A stretch of DNA of 64,000 nucleotides from positions 2,688,001 through 2,752,000 of the forward strand of contig OY820905.2 of the NCBI GenBank assembly GCA_963555755.3. The letters run 5' to 3'. The notes beneath the pieces are model-generated. The model was not told the DNA's origin. It was given only the letters and a program-made list of their open reading frames with translations, and made no database searches. Source of the stretch: Nitrospirales bacterium. GTDB taxonomy: Bacteria; Nitrospirota; Nitrospiria; Nitrospirales; UBA8639. The position numbers and the translations under genes were made by a program. Numbering within the stretch: the stretch's first letter is position 1; the number at the start of each line of letters is the position of its first letter. Shown piece after piece: positions 30,531-40,048 of this stretch.

Positions 30531-31726
30531 GTGTAGTGTCCCTCAAATAACTGGACAAGTAGTTCTATTTAGAGTATGCTCGGGCATGGCAACTTCCTGC
30601 CAACTGTCGACATCCGAGCAGCAGCAACTTCAACAATGGGTTGCGGCCCAAGGAACACCTCAGCAGGTAGCCCTGCGCTGCCGGATCGTGCTCGCTGCCG
30701 CCGATGGACAGTCCGACTTAACCATTGCCCAGCAGTATTCGATCAACCGGAAAACGGTCATGTTGTGGCGCCAGCGATTTTCTGAACAGCGACTAGACGG
30801 TCTGTGGGAGATCGCTCCCGGACGCGGACGCAAGCCCACCTATCCCATCAAGAAGATCGCAGCGATTGTGGAGGCCACCTTGCAAACCAAGCCGGACGGC
30901 ATGACGCATTGGAGTTGCCGAACGCTGGCCAAGAGCCAGGGGGTGAGCAAGTCCACCATCAACACCATCTGGCAGGCTCACAATCTGAAGCCCCATCGGG
31001 TGGAAACCTTCAAGCTGTCCCGTGATCCGAAGTTCCTGGAGAAACTCACCGACGTCGTTGGACTCTACCTGAATCCGCCCCAACAGGCGATTGTGTTGTG
31101 TGTGGACGAGAAGAGTCAGATTCAGGCCTTAGATCGAACCCAACCCGGCTTGCCGCTTAAGAAGGGACGGTGTGGGACCATGACCCATGACTACAAGCGC
31201 CACGGCACAACCACCCTCTTCGCCGCTCTGGAGACGTTACAGGGCAAGGTGATCGGCCAATGTTATCAGCGGCATCGGCATCAGGAATTCCTCAAGTTTT
31301 TGCGGACCCTTAACAAGGCGTTCCCGGGCACCATGCCCCTGCATGTCATCATGGACAATTATGGAACGCATAAGCATAAAAATGTACGGGCTTGGTTCAC
31401 GCGCCACCCGCGCTTCGTACCGCACTTTGTCCCGACCAGCTCCAGTTGGCTGAACCTGGTCGAGCGATGGTTTGGTGAACTAAGCGCGAAGGCGATCCGC
31501 CGGGGAGCCTTTGGGAGTGTGCAAGATTTGAAGGCCTGCATCGAGGCGTTCCTGACGGCATGGAATAAGGCTCCGAAACCGTTCGTCTGGGCTGCGACAG
31601 TCGATTCGATTATTGACAAACTCTCACGTTGCCAACAAACGTTGGAGCAGATTCAGCCCGGCTGCACCAGCCCACGTAGGAGAAAACGAAAGAAATAACT
31701 GTCCAGTTATTTCCTGGACACTACAC
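30531..31726 (+). mobile_element. IS630-family element
   Basis: TIR GTGTAGTGTCC..AAATAACTGGACA; TA duplication at 30529-30530 and 31727-31728. Confidence 0.9.
30586..31698 (+). CDS. IS630 family transposase
   Basis: VDEKSQIQA, HDYKRHGTT, MDNYGTHK and SSWLNLVERWF motifs. Confidence 0.95.
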   Translation: MATSCQLSTSEQQQLQQWVAAQGTPQQVALRCRIVLAAADGQSDLTIAQQYSINRKTVMLWRQRFSEQRLDGLWEIAPGRGRKPTYPIKKIAAIVEATLQTKPDGMTHWSCRTLAKSQGVSKSTINTIWQAHNLKPHRVETFKLSRDPKFLEKLTDVVGLYLNPPQQAIVLCVDEKSQIQALDRTQPGLPLKKGRCGTMTHDYKRHGTTTLFAALETLQGKVIGQCYQRHRHQEFLKFLRTLNKAFPGTMPLHVIMDNYGTHKHKNVRAWFTRHPRFVPHFVPTSSSWLNLVERWFGELSAKAIRRGAFGSVQDLKACIEAFLTAWNKAPKPFVWAATVDSIIDKLSRCQQTLEQIQPGCTSPRRRKRKK

Positions 31727-31751
31727 TAGTGATCTAATATCTTTAAATTGA

Positions 31752-31880
31752 AATAAGTTGGAGAACTTGACCGGAAATCGTGCAGGAGAATATAGCATCC
31801 GAATCAATGATCAATGGCGAATCTGTTTCGCCTGGAAAGAAGATGGCCCCTACGATATGGAAATTACAGACTACCATTGA
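31752..31880 (+). pseudogene. higB: C-terminal half of HigB toxin
   Basis: Manual translation NKLENLTGNRAGEYSIRINDQWRICFAWKEDGPYDMEITDYH*; no start codon; directly upstream of higA. Confidence 0.85.
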
Positions 31881-31892
31881 GAAGGTGAGATC

Positions 31893-32204
31893 GTGAAAAA
31901 CAAAATGCGTCCCGTTCCACCAGGGGAAATCCTTGCTGAGGAGTTTTTGAAGCCGCTTGGGATGACGGCGAATGCCTTGGCCAAAGCTATTGGGGTCCCG
32001 GCAAACCGAATTACCGCTATTTTAAAAGGAGACCGGGGCATCACCGGAGACACAGCCGTACGGCTCGGAACTTTTTTTGATACTACCTCCGCGTTTTGGA
32101 TGAATCTTCAAACCAGCTATGAGTTAAGGCTTGCCGAAAAAGCCCTCCCACAAAGGGTTCGAAAAAATATAGAGGCGCAAAGGGAAACACTGGTTTCAGC
32201 GTAG
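31893..32204 (+). CDS. higA: HigA family antitoxin
   Basis: PPGEILAEEFLKPLG..ANRI..ITGDTAVRLG..FWMNLQ. Confidence 0.92.
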   Translation: MKNKMRPVPPGEILAEEFLKPLGMTANALAKAIGVPANRITAILKGDRGITGDTAVRLGTFFDTTSAFWMNLQTSYELRLAEKALPQRVRKNIEAQRETLVSA

Positions 32205-32264
32205 AGATCGCTCCAACTCTCTAACCCAAATCCTTCCAGGCCACATCCGATCCTTTCTATATTA

Positions 32265-32458
32265 GGGTGTTAGTCGCTCTTCCCAATCAGCCTGGCGTCA
32301 ATTGGTACAAAGGCTTGTCCTTTTGGTACTTGAAGCGATACTGCGAAACCGAAGAGTTCTGGGCCACCGCCCATAAAAATCTCAACCCCGGCAGCCAAGA
32401 CGCCGAATTCGTCAAACAAGCCCTCGCCAAACTCCGCGAAGGCGAGACACCGTTTTAA
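32265..32458 (+). repeat. Diverged copy 1 of the ccmI 3' end
   Basis: 63 codons, 9 aa differences from CcmI C-terminus, same ETPF* end. Confidence 0.9.
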
Positions 32459-32516
32459 TTCCCGGAAAGGGCCTCAAGGGCACAAATCCAATTCACTGTG
32501 CCCTCTCCCACAGACT

Positions 32517-32810
32517 CTACTGGTTTCCAAACTCATCAGGCCATTTCCGAGAGGTGTGCATGACAGCAAGAATGCGAATCTGTTTCCCTTTGATGTAATA
32601 GGGAAGGATATAGGGCAAACTCGGCACGATAAGTTCTCGAGTTTTGTCAACCCGACCAGGACGTCCTAAGTGTGGGTTATGGAGAAGGGAATTTCCTGAG
32701 GTTTCGATTTTGGTTAAGACTCCATAAGCAGCAGCAGGGTCATCCGCTGCGATGAATTGACCGATTTCTTTGAGATCCTGAATCGCCTCTTTCAACCATA
32801 GAACTTCCAT
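32517..32810 (-). CDS. RelE/ParE family toxin
   Basis: WLKEAIQDL..GRPGRVDKTRELIV..PYILPY..ILAVMHTSRKWP. Confidence 0.92.
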   Translation of the reverse strand: MEVLWLKEAIQDLKEIGQFIAADDPAAAYGVLTKIETSGNSLLHNPHLGRPGRVDKTRELIVPSLPYILPYYIKGKQIRILAVMHTSRKWPDEFGNQ

Positions 32811-33061
32811 CACCGCTTGAAGGACTCAACAACCTTATTCACCTCGGCAGTAGAAAAAAATTTCCCCCCTCTTTCAGCTTTTTTCAGGCGTTGACGGATC
32901 CGCTTTTCTTGCCAGTCATACACTTCTAAATAGTGTTCAAGGGCTTCATTAATGAGCCAATTCCTAGAGCGATCAATTCCTGCAGCGATTCGGTCCAATT
33001 TTTTTTGAGTTTCAACCGACATCCTCACGGTCACATTTCCAGTATTTTGAGGCATATGCAT
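32810..33061 (-). CDS. Ribbon-helix-helix (CopG-like) antitoxin
   Basis: VTVRM...LDRIA..DRSRNWLINEALEHYL; stop overlaps the toxin start. Confidence 0.88.
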   Translation of the reverse strand: MHMPQNTGNVTVRMSVETQKKLDRIAAGIDRSRNWLINEALEHYLEVYDWQEKRIRQRLKKAERGGKFFSTAEVNKVVESFKR

Positions 33062-33157
33062 TTACTCCGATTGCAAAAGATTACAGTTGCAGTATGGCAC
33101 GGATTTCTATGAATTTCTAGTCAGGAACCTCCAAAGCTAAGGAATAGGATATTTAGA

Positions 33158-33288
33158 GAAACCGAAGAGTACTGGGCCACCGCCCATACCAATCTCAAAC
33201 CCGGTAGCCAAGACGCCGAATTCGTCAAACAAGCCCTCGTCAAACTGCGTGAAGGGGAAACGAAATTTTTATTTGGGTCTCCGCTCGA
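33158..33288 (+). repeat. Copy 2 of the ccmI 3' end
   Basis: 33158-33249 is identical to 29052-29143 (92 bp); downstream GGTCTCCGCTCGA also shared. Confidence 0.92.
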
Positions 33289-33371
33289 TCTTCCCTAAAA
33301 AAATTGCCTAAAATCAATCCATTGTATGTTTTACCTAAATGGTAGAACACGCTATTAACTGAAGAAAACAA

Positions 33372-33453
33372 GGCCACCGCTTCCAAGTACTTCACACGCG
33401 GCAGCCAGGATGCTGAATTCGTCAAGCAAGCCCTCACGAAATTGCGTGAAGGC
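33372..33453 (+). repeat. Degenerate copy 3 of the ccmI 3' end
   Basis: Encodes GSQDAEFVKQALTKLREG. Confidence 0.8.
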
Positions 33454-33724
33454 AAAATCTCCTTCCAACGAAATACATCCCGAAACCCCAGGCAAGACTT
33501 CTTAGGCTCTGCGTCGAAAGAAAAAGTGAATTAAGCCAAATTAAACATAAGAAATATATTTCCCTGATAACGCTGGTATGTACTAGCCTCTACTCCAAAG
33601 TTTATGATACCCCCTCATGAGTACTGTTGACCTAGGCAGATAAAATCAAGTACCCCTGGTCATATACACTGTAAAACTTTGGGGTTTTATTAAATCTTTT
33701 ACCCATTCAAATTTGAGGGTAGCC

Positions 33725-34432
33725 ATGTTGAAAAATGTTAATTATTTCCTCCTCTTTTTTGTTTTCCTGACGGCAACCGGGTGTGCGCAGACATCTGTTC
33801 TGACCCGTGATGGGGAAATTATTGAAAAGGCCGCTGACGATAGAATTTTGCTAATGCCGCCTGATATTGAACTTTATGAAATGACTATGGGTGGAATGCT
33901 GGAACCAAAGGCAGATTGGACTGCCTCGGCACTTAAGAATGTGGCGGAAGCTCTTAAACAGGAATTAAAGGCCAATAATGACACCATGATCTCTTATAAG
34001 GAACCTGCCGACGGTTCGAATGAGTTTAAAGTTCATCAGCAACTGATCAAGCTCCATGAAGTTGTTGGTGCGTCTATTATGAAGCATCAATATCCAACTG
34101 TTTGGCAACTTCCAACCAAAGAGGATAACTTTGAATGGACCTTGGGACAAAGAACAACTCGACTAAAGGAAAAATACGGAGCTCAGTATGGGCTGTTTGT
34201 CTATATGAGGGATAGTTACGCCAGTGCTGGGCGAGTCAGCTTAATGATTGGAATGGCAGTTTTAGGGGTGGGAATTCCTCTCGGACAACAGGTAGGTTTC
34301 GCATCGTTGGTAGACCTCAAAACTGGAGATATCGTTTGGTTTAATCGGATGTTTTCTGAGTCCGGTGACTTAAGAGAGTTGAATTTAGCTAGAGACTCTG
34401 TTCAGAACCTACTTGATGATTTTCCTTTATGA
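33725..34432 (+). CDS. Hypothetical lipoprotein
   Basis: Lipobox ATGC; ASLVDLKTGDIVWFN strand; stop overlaps the next gene. Confidence 0.8.
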   Translation: MLKNVNYFLLFFVFLTATGCAQTSVLTRDGEIIEKAADDRILLMPPDIELYEMTMGGMLEPKADWTASALKNVAEALKQELKANNDTMISYKEPADGSNEFKVHQQLIKLHEVVGASIMKHQYPTVWQLPTKEDNFEWTLGQRTTRLKEKYGAQYGLFVYMRDSYASAGRVSLMIGMAVLGVGIPLGQQVGFASLVDLKTGDIVWFNRMFSESGDLRELNLARDSVQNLLDDFPL

Positions 34433-35604
34433 CATTCTTAAAAACCGTATTAATTTTGGTTATGTATGGAATGTGCATTTCCTGCGCCACTCCAGGGGGA
34501 GAACCTGGTGCCTTAGGAGACATCAAACCAGGAGAACGTCCTGAACTCCACACTGATGAAGCAGGATTATGGATGGCCTTCGACAACATGGAGGAAAAAT
34601 TGAAGACTTCGGGGCGTCGAATCACCGATCCTCAAGTCAATCACTATATCCGAAATATCGTGTGTAAACTTGCGGGCCCCCAATGCTCTGATATTCGAAT
34701 TTACATCATGCAAATCCCAGATTTTAATGCCAACATGGCTTCCAATGGGATGATGCAAGTGTGGACAGGACTGATTCTTAGAGCCCAAAACGAGGCCCAA
34801 CTAGCTTACATTCTAGGTCATGAGATTGGTCACTATTTACGCCGCCACTCGATTCAAGCATGGCGTGATACTCGAATGAAGTCCAATGTTTCCGTGTTAT
34901 TTCAAATCGCCACGGCGGCCGCTGGAGTGGGCTATGTCGGTCAACTGGGACACATTGCGCTCATAGGGAGTATTCAGGCCTTTTCACGCGATAATGAACG
35001 AGAAGCCGACGATGTGGGATTTGATTTGATTGCTCAAGCGGGCTACGACCCGAGAGAGGCTTCCCGTATTTGGGAATCCTTGATGAAGGAACATGCCGCA
35101 TCCGAAAAGGAGGCTCCTTCTATCTTTTTCGCTACACATCCCCCCACGGAAGAGCGCATTGAAACCCTCACGGCCAAGGCTCAAGCAGTGACAGCCCAGG
35201 GAGGACGTTTTTTTGTGGGCAAGAAAGAACTCGAAGCTGTGGTATTACCACTAAGAGCTAGCTTACTTCGTGATGAATTGCGGCGCGGGGAATTCAAAGA
35301 GACTCAAATACTTTTAAATAATCTAATGAAAAATGAAGTGGGGTTGGGTCAGATACATTTCTTTCAAGGGGAACTTCATCGGCTGAGAGCTGAACCAGAT
35401 GACCAGGAAAAGGCTGTTGTTGCTTATCAGAAGGCCTTAGAATTTCCCAATGCCCCACCAGAAGCCCACCGAGCCCTGGGGCTTTTCTACTTCAAGGCAG
35501 GGGAAAAACCCAAAGCCCGGGAAGCCTTGGAGCGGTACTTGGATTTAAAGCCTGACGGAGATGATCACGAGATGATTCGTGAGTACCTCCGACAATTAAA
35601 CTGA
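34429..35604 (+). CDS. M48 family metalloprotease lipoprotein with TPR C-terminus
   Basis: LGHEIGH, SRDNEREAD and FATHP motifs; TPR tail. Confidence 0.9.
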   Translation: MTFLKTVLILVMYGMCISCATPGGEPGALGDIKPGERPELHTDEAGLWMAFDNMEEKLKTSGRRITDPQVNHYIRNIVCKLAGPQCSDIRIYIMQIPDFNANMASNGMMQVWTGLILRAQNEAQLAYILGHEIGHYLRRHSIQAWRDTRMKSNVSVLFQIATAAAGVGYVGQLGHIALIGSIQAFSRDNEREADDVGFDLIAQAGYDPREASRIWESLMKEHAASEKEAPSIFFATHPPTEERIETLTAKAQAVTAQGGRFFVGKKELEAVVLPLRASLLRDELRRGEFKETQILLNNLMKNEVGLGQIHFFQGELHRLRAEPDDQEKAVVAYQKALEFPNAPPEAHRALGLFYFKAGEKPKAREALERYLDLKPDGDDHEMIREYLRQLN

Positions 35605-35611
35605 GGAAACC

Positions 35612-36193
35612 ATGAGAAAATTACTATTTATTTCTGGGCTGATAATGATGCTTACTGGGTGTGCCACGTATACCTTAGTAGAACCTAATCGGACTGAAAT
35701 CGGCGACCTCTATACAGTTGAACCCCAAATTCCTTGGAGTGAGTCAACCTCGGATAAAACCCAAATTTGGACAGTGGACGGTCCCGCTTTGCAAGAACTT
35801 CGCTTTGTCAATGGTATTGAAGATAGTGAGTCTCCATTTGTGGGCTTACTAGAAGAAGAAAAGAGTCCAAAATTTAGAAAGGGCATGACGTCTTTAGAAA
35901 TTAAGGACCTGGTAGTTGATGGGCTCTCCGTCATGGGCGCCTACAAAATTAAAATGAAAAAGGTTAAGCCATTTCAGTTTGGGGCACATGAGGGTTTTCG
36001 AATGGAATTGGATTATGTCACAGAGGATGGACTTGAAAAATCGGGATTGGTGGTTGGCTCAGTCATTAAAGAAAAATTGTACGTTATCGCGTATACCGGG
36101 GCACGGGCACATTATTTTGCCAAGCATAAAGATCACGCTGAAAAAATAATTAATTCGATTCAAATGAAAGATAGTAAACCTTCTGCGGAATAG
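35612..36193 (+). CDS. Hypothetical lipoprotein
   Basis: Lipobox LTGC; RBS GAGG; WTVDG..L..L motif. Confidence 0.8.
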   Translation: MRKLLFISGLIMMLTGCATYTLVEPNRTEIGDLYTVEPQIPWSESTSDKTQIWTVDGPALQELRFVNGIEDSESPFVGLLEEEKSPKFRKGMTSLEIKDLVVDGLSVMGAYKIKMKKVKPFQFGAHEGFRMELDYVTEDGLEKSGLVVGSVIKEKLYVIAYTGARAHYFAKHKDHAEKIINSIQMKDSKPSAE

Positions 36194-36402
36194 AGGCTTT
36201 TAAGATCTTCCATAGACTGTCGTTCCTTTCTTCTCAACTCCTATATGTATTCTTGTCCCTCTTCTCCTTAAGGCTTCTCTCGTATGGGGAGACCAGTAAT
36301 AATCTGGTTCCTAATGATCTTACCGTGGGCTCGGTATGCCCGATGCAGTTGCACCGGGGAATAAGAAGAATGAAAATGAAGAGAAAAGGAAGGTACAAGG
36401 TA

Positions 36403-36420
36403 TTGGTGCCGAAGCCGGGA
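36403..36420 (-). repeat. att-like duplication of the tRNA-Leu 3' end
   Basis: TTGGTGCCGAAGCCGGGA is identical to 41160-41177. Confidence 0.8.
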
Positions 36421-37086
36421 TTGTGATAGTGGGGGTTGCTCAAGTCGTTGATAACTTTGGCAATCCCCGCTCCTAGCGTGCCTTTACGCAGTTTGCCTCT
36501 TTGCCTGACCTTGCCTCTCTCTTCCTCCATTCCCAACAGTTTGTCTGTATTTCTAACACCTATTTAACACCTACCAATTTGGCTAGGAAAGAGGGGGGGG
36601 GGTTGTCGGCAGGCGGGGGTGGCCAATGAGGAGTCCTCGCCCTAGCCTCTCATCTGGAGGGCTGTCGTCCTCAAAAGTCCTGTTAAGCATGTCTCGACGG
36701 GTTGATACACGCTTTTTCCCTCCAATCTACCGTGGGTTTGTCACAAGGAAAACAACAAAGCCCGTCGCCAACACGATGAGGCTTGCTGTTTGCAGGATGT
36801 TGTTTTCAACTACTCGTTTACGCTTTTACCTACCTCATTGCCCCGCTTGCATGAAGTCCTACGCGGAGAATTTCAACTAACTTTGGGCTTGACTCTTCTG
36901 TTTCTGTGTAAGGAATAGAAAGCATATGAAGTGTGACAACTATGTCACACAGAGAAAGCCTTCATTTTGTTAGGTTATTTGAGAAATTCGTTTGTAATTT
37001 TGAAAGATGGTGCGACACACTTTCCACAGTTTTTTTATTGCGAAGGCTAAGTCTCTAAAATTCAAAGGATTTTTTAATCATCATTT

Positions 37087-37102
37087 TGGCACAGAGCTTG
37101 CT
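37087..37102 (+). promoter_or_regulatory. Sigma-54 -24/-12 promoter
   Basis: TGGCAC-AGAGC-TTGCT matches the consensus; palindrome GTGTGACA-N4-TGTCACAC at 36931-36950 upstream. Confidence 0.7.
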
Positions 37103-37190
37103 TTATATCGTTTTTTAGAAGATTTTTTTTAACAATATGACATGAAGGAAGTACATACCCTGGTAAAAGCAATAGTAAGATTTTTCGTAA

Positions 37191-38639
37191 CTACTCAGGT
37201 GTGATGATCTTTGTAGTGAATTGTGCAGGCATAAAGGGGTGGCCGATCATGGCTTGTGAAATGGCTTGCAGCATGTTGCCGCCCTGCTTTCTCGCGGTAG
37301 AAAGGTAGCTTCGTATGCGGGCGAACTGCCTCGCGCCTTGAAGCGTTCGAAAACACCCGGATATTTTGAGGCGGAGCTTGATCATGCGGATATCCTGTTC
37401 TGCCAGATTATTAGTGAAGGGAACCTGTCTGTCATGGAGGAACGCGAGCACGGAGGCTTCATGCTCGCCAAGACGGGTGAGGAGATTTTGGGCCTTGGTC
37501 TTTTTGGGCCGGCCTCGTGACTTTTTCTGTGGCGGTGCCGGAAGGGGGTTGGCCTGCCATCCGAGGGTGAGAAGATCCCTGTATTGTTTCAGCCAGGGGG
37601 TTTTCTGTTCTTCCGTTAACTGTGCGAGTTGCTTGCTGACAAACACGTTCATCGTCAGCAACAGGTCAAACATGTGTTTGGCCCATGGTTGTTCGTGCTG
37701 CTCGAACAGGCACGTGAGTTCCCGCAAATGATGGGCGTTACAGAGGCCGTGGGCACAGTCATAGGAGAGATAGGGTTTCCAGAAATCGTGGATCAGGCGG
37801 CCAGCAAAATCCGGGAGGATCTGGAACTGCTCGATCGCCTCTCTTCCCCGTTTGGCGTGCACACCGTAAAAGGTCAACGTGGCCGTGCTGGCACTGTGGA
37901 GCCAGTGGAGCGTCCCGGCCGTGCGGACGCCGCTTTCATCGGCATGGAGGATGGGACTCTTGCCGAGCGCTTCTTTGACCGCAGTCTCGAACGGCGCGAG
38001 GTGCTCATAACTTCGGCGGGAGGCCTCGTCAATGGTGGCGTCGCTGACCGAGGCGCCATACAGATCAGCCATCATCTGGCTGACACGGCGTAAGGGGATC
38101 AACTGTTGGTTCTGGAGGTAGACCAGGAGGCTGCGAAATCTGGGACCGTACTGTGCCGGCGCAGGCAGGTCATCAGGAAATGACGCCGTGACCGAGCGGC
38201 CGCATTGGGGGCAGGTTTTGATTGCTCCCCGATATTCGGTGACGTCGAGTTTTGGCTCCGGCAGTTCAAAGAGCTGCCGGCGTTCATAGCCGGTGACCGT
38301 CTCGTTGGTGAGGTCGGCATGGCAGGAACAGGAGTGAACAGGCAGGTGGACCAGGTGGTCTGGGGTTTCCACCTGTTTTAACGTCTGGCCGGCATGTCCC
38401 TGTTGGCCGCCCGGCTTTTTCCCGGAAGGTATGCGCAGGCTCTTGGTTCGGGGCTTGGCCGGTCCATCGGACGAGGGCGGTTTGCTGCTGTTGCGACTGT
38501 GTTGGTCGAGCCGCTGTGCCAGTTCGGTGACATGCGTGGTCAGCGCCTGCCCCTGTTCCTGCAGCGCCAGGATCAGTTCGACGAGCGCCTCGGGGTTGCT
38601 CTTGGCCAGGATGAGGAGTGCGTCGCGGGTGAAGGTCAT
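37191..38639 (-). CDS. IS66 family transposase (TnpC-like)
   Basis: SRNSSKPPSSD, zinc ribbon, LHADES, LCNAHHLREL and PFTNNLAEQDIR motifs. Confidence 0.93.
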   Translation of the reverse strand: MTFTRDALLILAKSNPEALVELILALQEQGQALTTHVTELAQRLDQHSRNSSKPPSSDGPAKPRTKSLRIPSGKKPGGQQGHAGQTLKQVETPDHLVHLPVHSCSCHADLTNETVTGYERRQLFELPEPKLDVTEYRGAIKTCPQCGRSVTASFPDDLPAPAQYGPRFRSLLVYLQNQQLIPLRRVSQMMADLYGASVSDATIDEASRRSYEHLAPFETAVKEALGKSPILHADESGVRTAGTLHWLHSASTATLTFYGVHAKRGREAIEQFQILPDFAGRLIHDFWKPYLSYDCAHGLCNAHHLRELTCLFEQHEQPWAKHMFDLLLTMNVFVSKQLAQLTEEQKTPWLKQYRDLLTLGWQANPLPAPPQKKSRGRPKKTKAQNLLTRLGEHEASVLAFLHDRQVPFTNNLAEQDIRMIKLRLKISGCFRTLQGARQFARIRSYLSTARKQGGNMLQAISQAMIGHPFMPAQFTTKIITPE

Positions 38640-39523
38640 GGCTTGCTCCGGCAGAGGGCCTGTCGGAAGTGGCGGATGAGGGGATAGAGATAAATTGCCT
38701 TCACCGGCACGCGCAGAGCCTTGTCACGGTCCTGCCGGGACCGGCCTTTGGTCTGCCCGACATAGAGCCAGTTCGCGGCCTGATAGCAGATACCTTTGAA
38801 GCGGTCTCGCTCCACAAAGGTCTCCACCAAGTGGACGGGATGGCCGTATTTCTCGATCCAGTCCTGCCGGAGACGTCTCATGACCCGGCCCAGGAGATGG
38901 CTGGCCAGATGCGGCACACGCACCCAGGGCAGGATGAGAAAGCGGGTATTGTTGGTCATGAAGTTGAGGTTGGCGGCTCGGGTGTCCGGCTCCCAGCCGA
39001 TAAAGGTGTCGCGCGGAGTGGTTTTCCAGGCGGCGGAACCGAAGAGGAGGCAGGCCAGATCCTGCCCGGAGCGATCCCGCACCAGGTACTTGAGATGTTC
39101 ACCGACCGTTCGGGTGAACCCGAGGTAGTGATGGTGGCTCAGGTAATATCCCACACAACTGGCTTCGTAGGAATGTGAGGTTGGAATATGAATGGACAGG
39201 GGCGTCAGGGTCTTGAGAGCTGCGTCGATGTGCGGGGCTTCGGGAGGCATAAACCCCTTTCGGAAAGGGGGGAAGATGTTGCGTCGAGAGGCGACACGAA
39301 TCGGGGGCAGCTTCAGGAGCCCGCGATGTTCGAGTTTGTCGATCATGCTGCGGGCGGCAAAGGTTTTCAGTTGTCCGGACGGGGTCTGCCAGCCCCAGTG
39401 CCGACAAATATGCTGGGTTATTTTATGGCGGCTCCAGTCAGGGTGCCGGCAAACCAGATGGCGTAACCAGCACAGATCAGATTGGGGGAGGCGACGACCT
39501 TGACATGTAATCGCTTCATTCAT
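38636..39523 (-). CDS. DUF4338 (DruA-like) protein
   Basis: HHYLG, RDTFIGW, NNTRFLILPWV..LASHLL, ETFV and GICYQAANW..VGQTKGR motifs. Confidence 0.85.
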   Translation of the reverse strand: MNEAITCQGRRLPQSDLCWLRHLVCRHPDWSRHKITQHICRHWGWQTPSGQLKTFAARSMIDKLEHRGLLKLPPIRVASRRNIFPPFRKGFMPPEAPHIDAALKTLTPLSIHIPTSHSYEASCVGYYLSHHHYLGFTRTVGEHLKYLVRDRSGQDLACLLFGSAAWKTTPRDTFIGWEPDTRAANLNFMTNNTRFLILPWVRVPHLASHLLGRVMRRLRQDWIEKYGHPVHLVETFVERDRFKGICYQAANWLYVGQTKGRSRQDRDKALRVPVKAIYLYPLIRHFRQALCRSKP

Positions 39524-39599
39524 GGCCCCGATTATGCCATGGGTGGAGCCGTTAGTCCAGAAAAAAATCAGGCTATAGAAAATTGACCTGAGTAGTTAC

Positions 39600-40048
39600 C
39601 AATCATCAAGCCAATCCTTAAATTCTTCACCTCCTAACTCAGATGCGTGAACGGGTCTTAAGGAAAATCTGGCTTTCCACACTCCCATTCTAGGTGTCAC
39701 TAAAGCATAGTACACCTTCCCTGCCTCAAGTTCGGCATCCATAAAATCAGCGGCTTCACTTATGACCATAAAACGAGTGGGTCCGGGGTTGGTCATATAG
39801 GTCAGTTTCCTTTTGGCCGGCACAATTCCAACAAATTCGTCCCTGTCTGGTTTTAGTTCATAGACGGAGGAAGCAATGGCAAAACCAAAAGTGGAAGGAC
39901 GCAGGAATAACACCAAGGCTTTTCCCGGATCCGGTTCTATTGTGGCTTGTTCAGGCAGCAACTCCCGCATGTGGGTAATAGGACCAGCACAACCTGTAAC
40001 CGTGAGCAATAGACAGAAAAGTGTTACGAAAAATCTATTTGGTGACAT
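39600..40048 (-). pseudogene. Lipoprotein truncated at the 3' end by the IS66-like element
   Basis: Lipobox VTGC; the stop codon is supplied by the IS terminal repeat. Confidence 0.75.

Larger units (their letters stand above)
29210..31731 (-). mobile_element. IS4-family element with an IS630 inserted in one TIR
   Basis: TIR CACTACTGTCCGG / CCGGACACTA..GTG; target duplication ATCTAATAT at 29201-29209 and 31732-31740 (extendable to 11 bp). Confidence 0.88.
37187..39599 (-). mobile_element. IS66-like element (DUF4338 gene plus transposase)
   Basis: TIR GTAACTACTCAGGT / ACCTGAGTAGTTAC; flanks GATTTTTC and CAATCATC do not match. Confidence 0.88.

Noticed and set aside
29052..33453. Diversity-generating retroelement (ccmI copies as template/variable repeats)
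   Set aside because: No reverse transcriptase in the window, and differences between copies are not adenine-specific (e.g. CTG/CTT, CCG/CCC)
29166..33460. Integron cassette array
   Set aside because: No integron integrase or recognisable attC sites; the spacers are coding-gene fragments
38636..39523. Complete Druantia defence system
   Set aside because: Only the DUF4338 gene is present, inside IS ends, with no large DruE-type helicase
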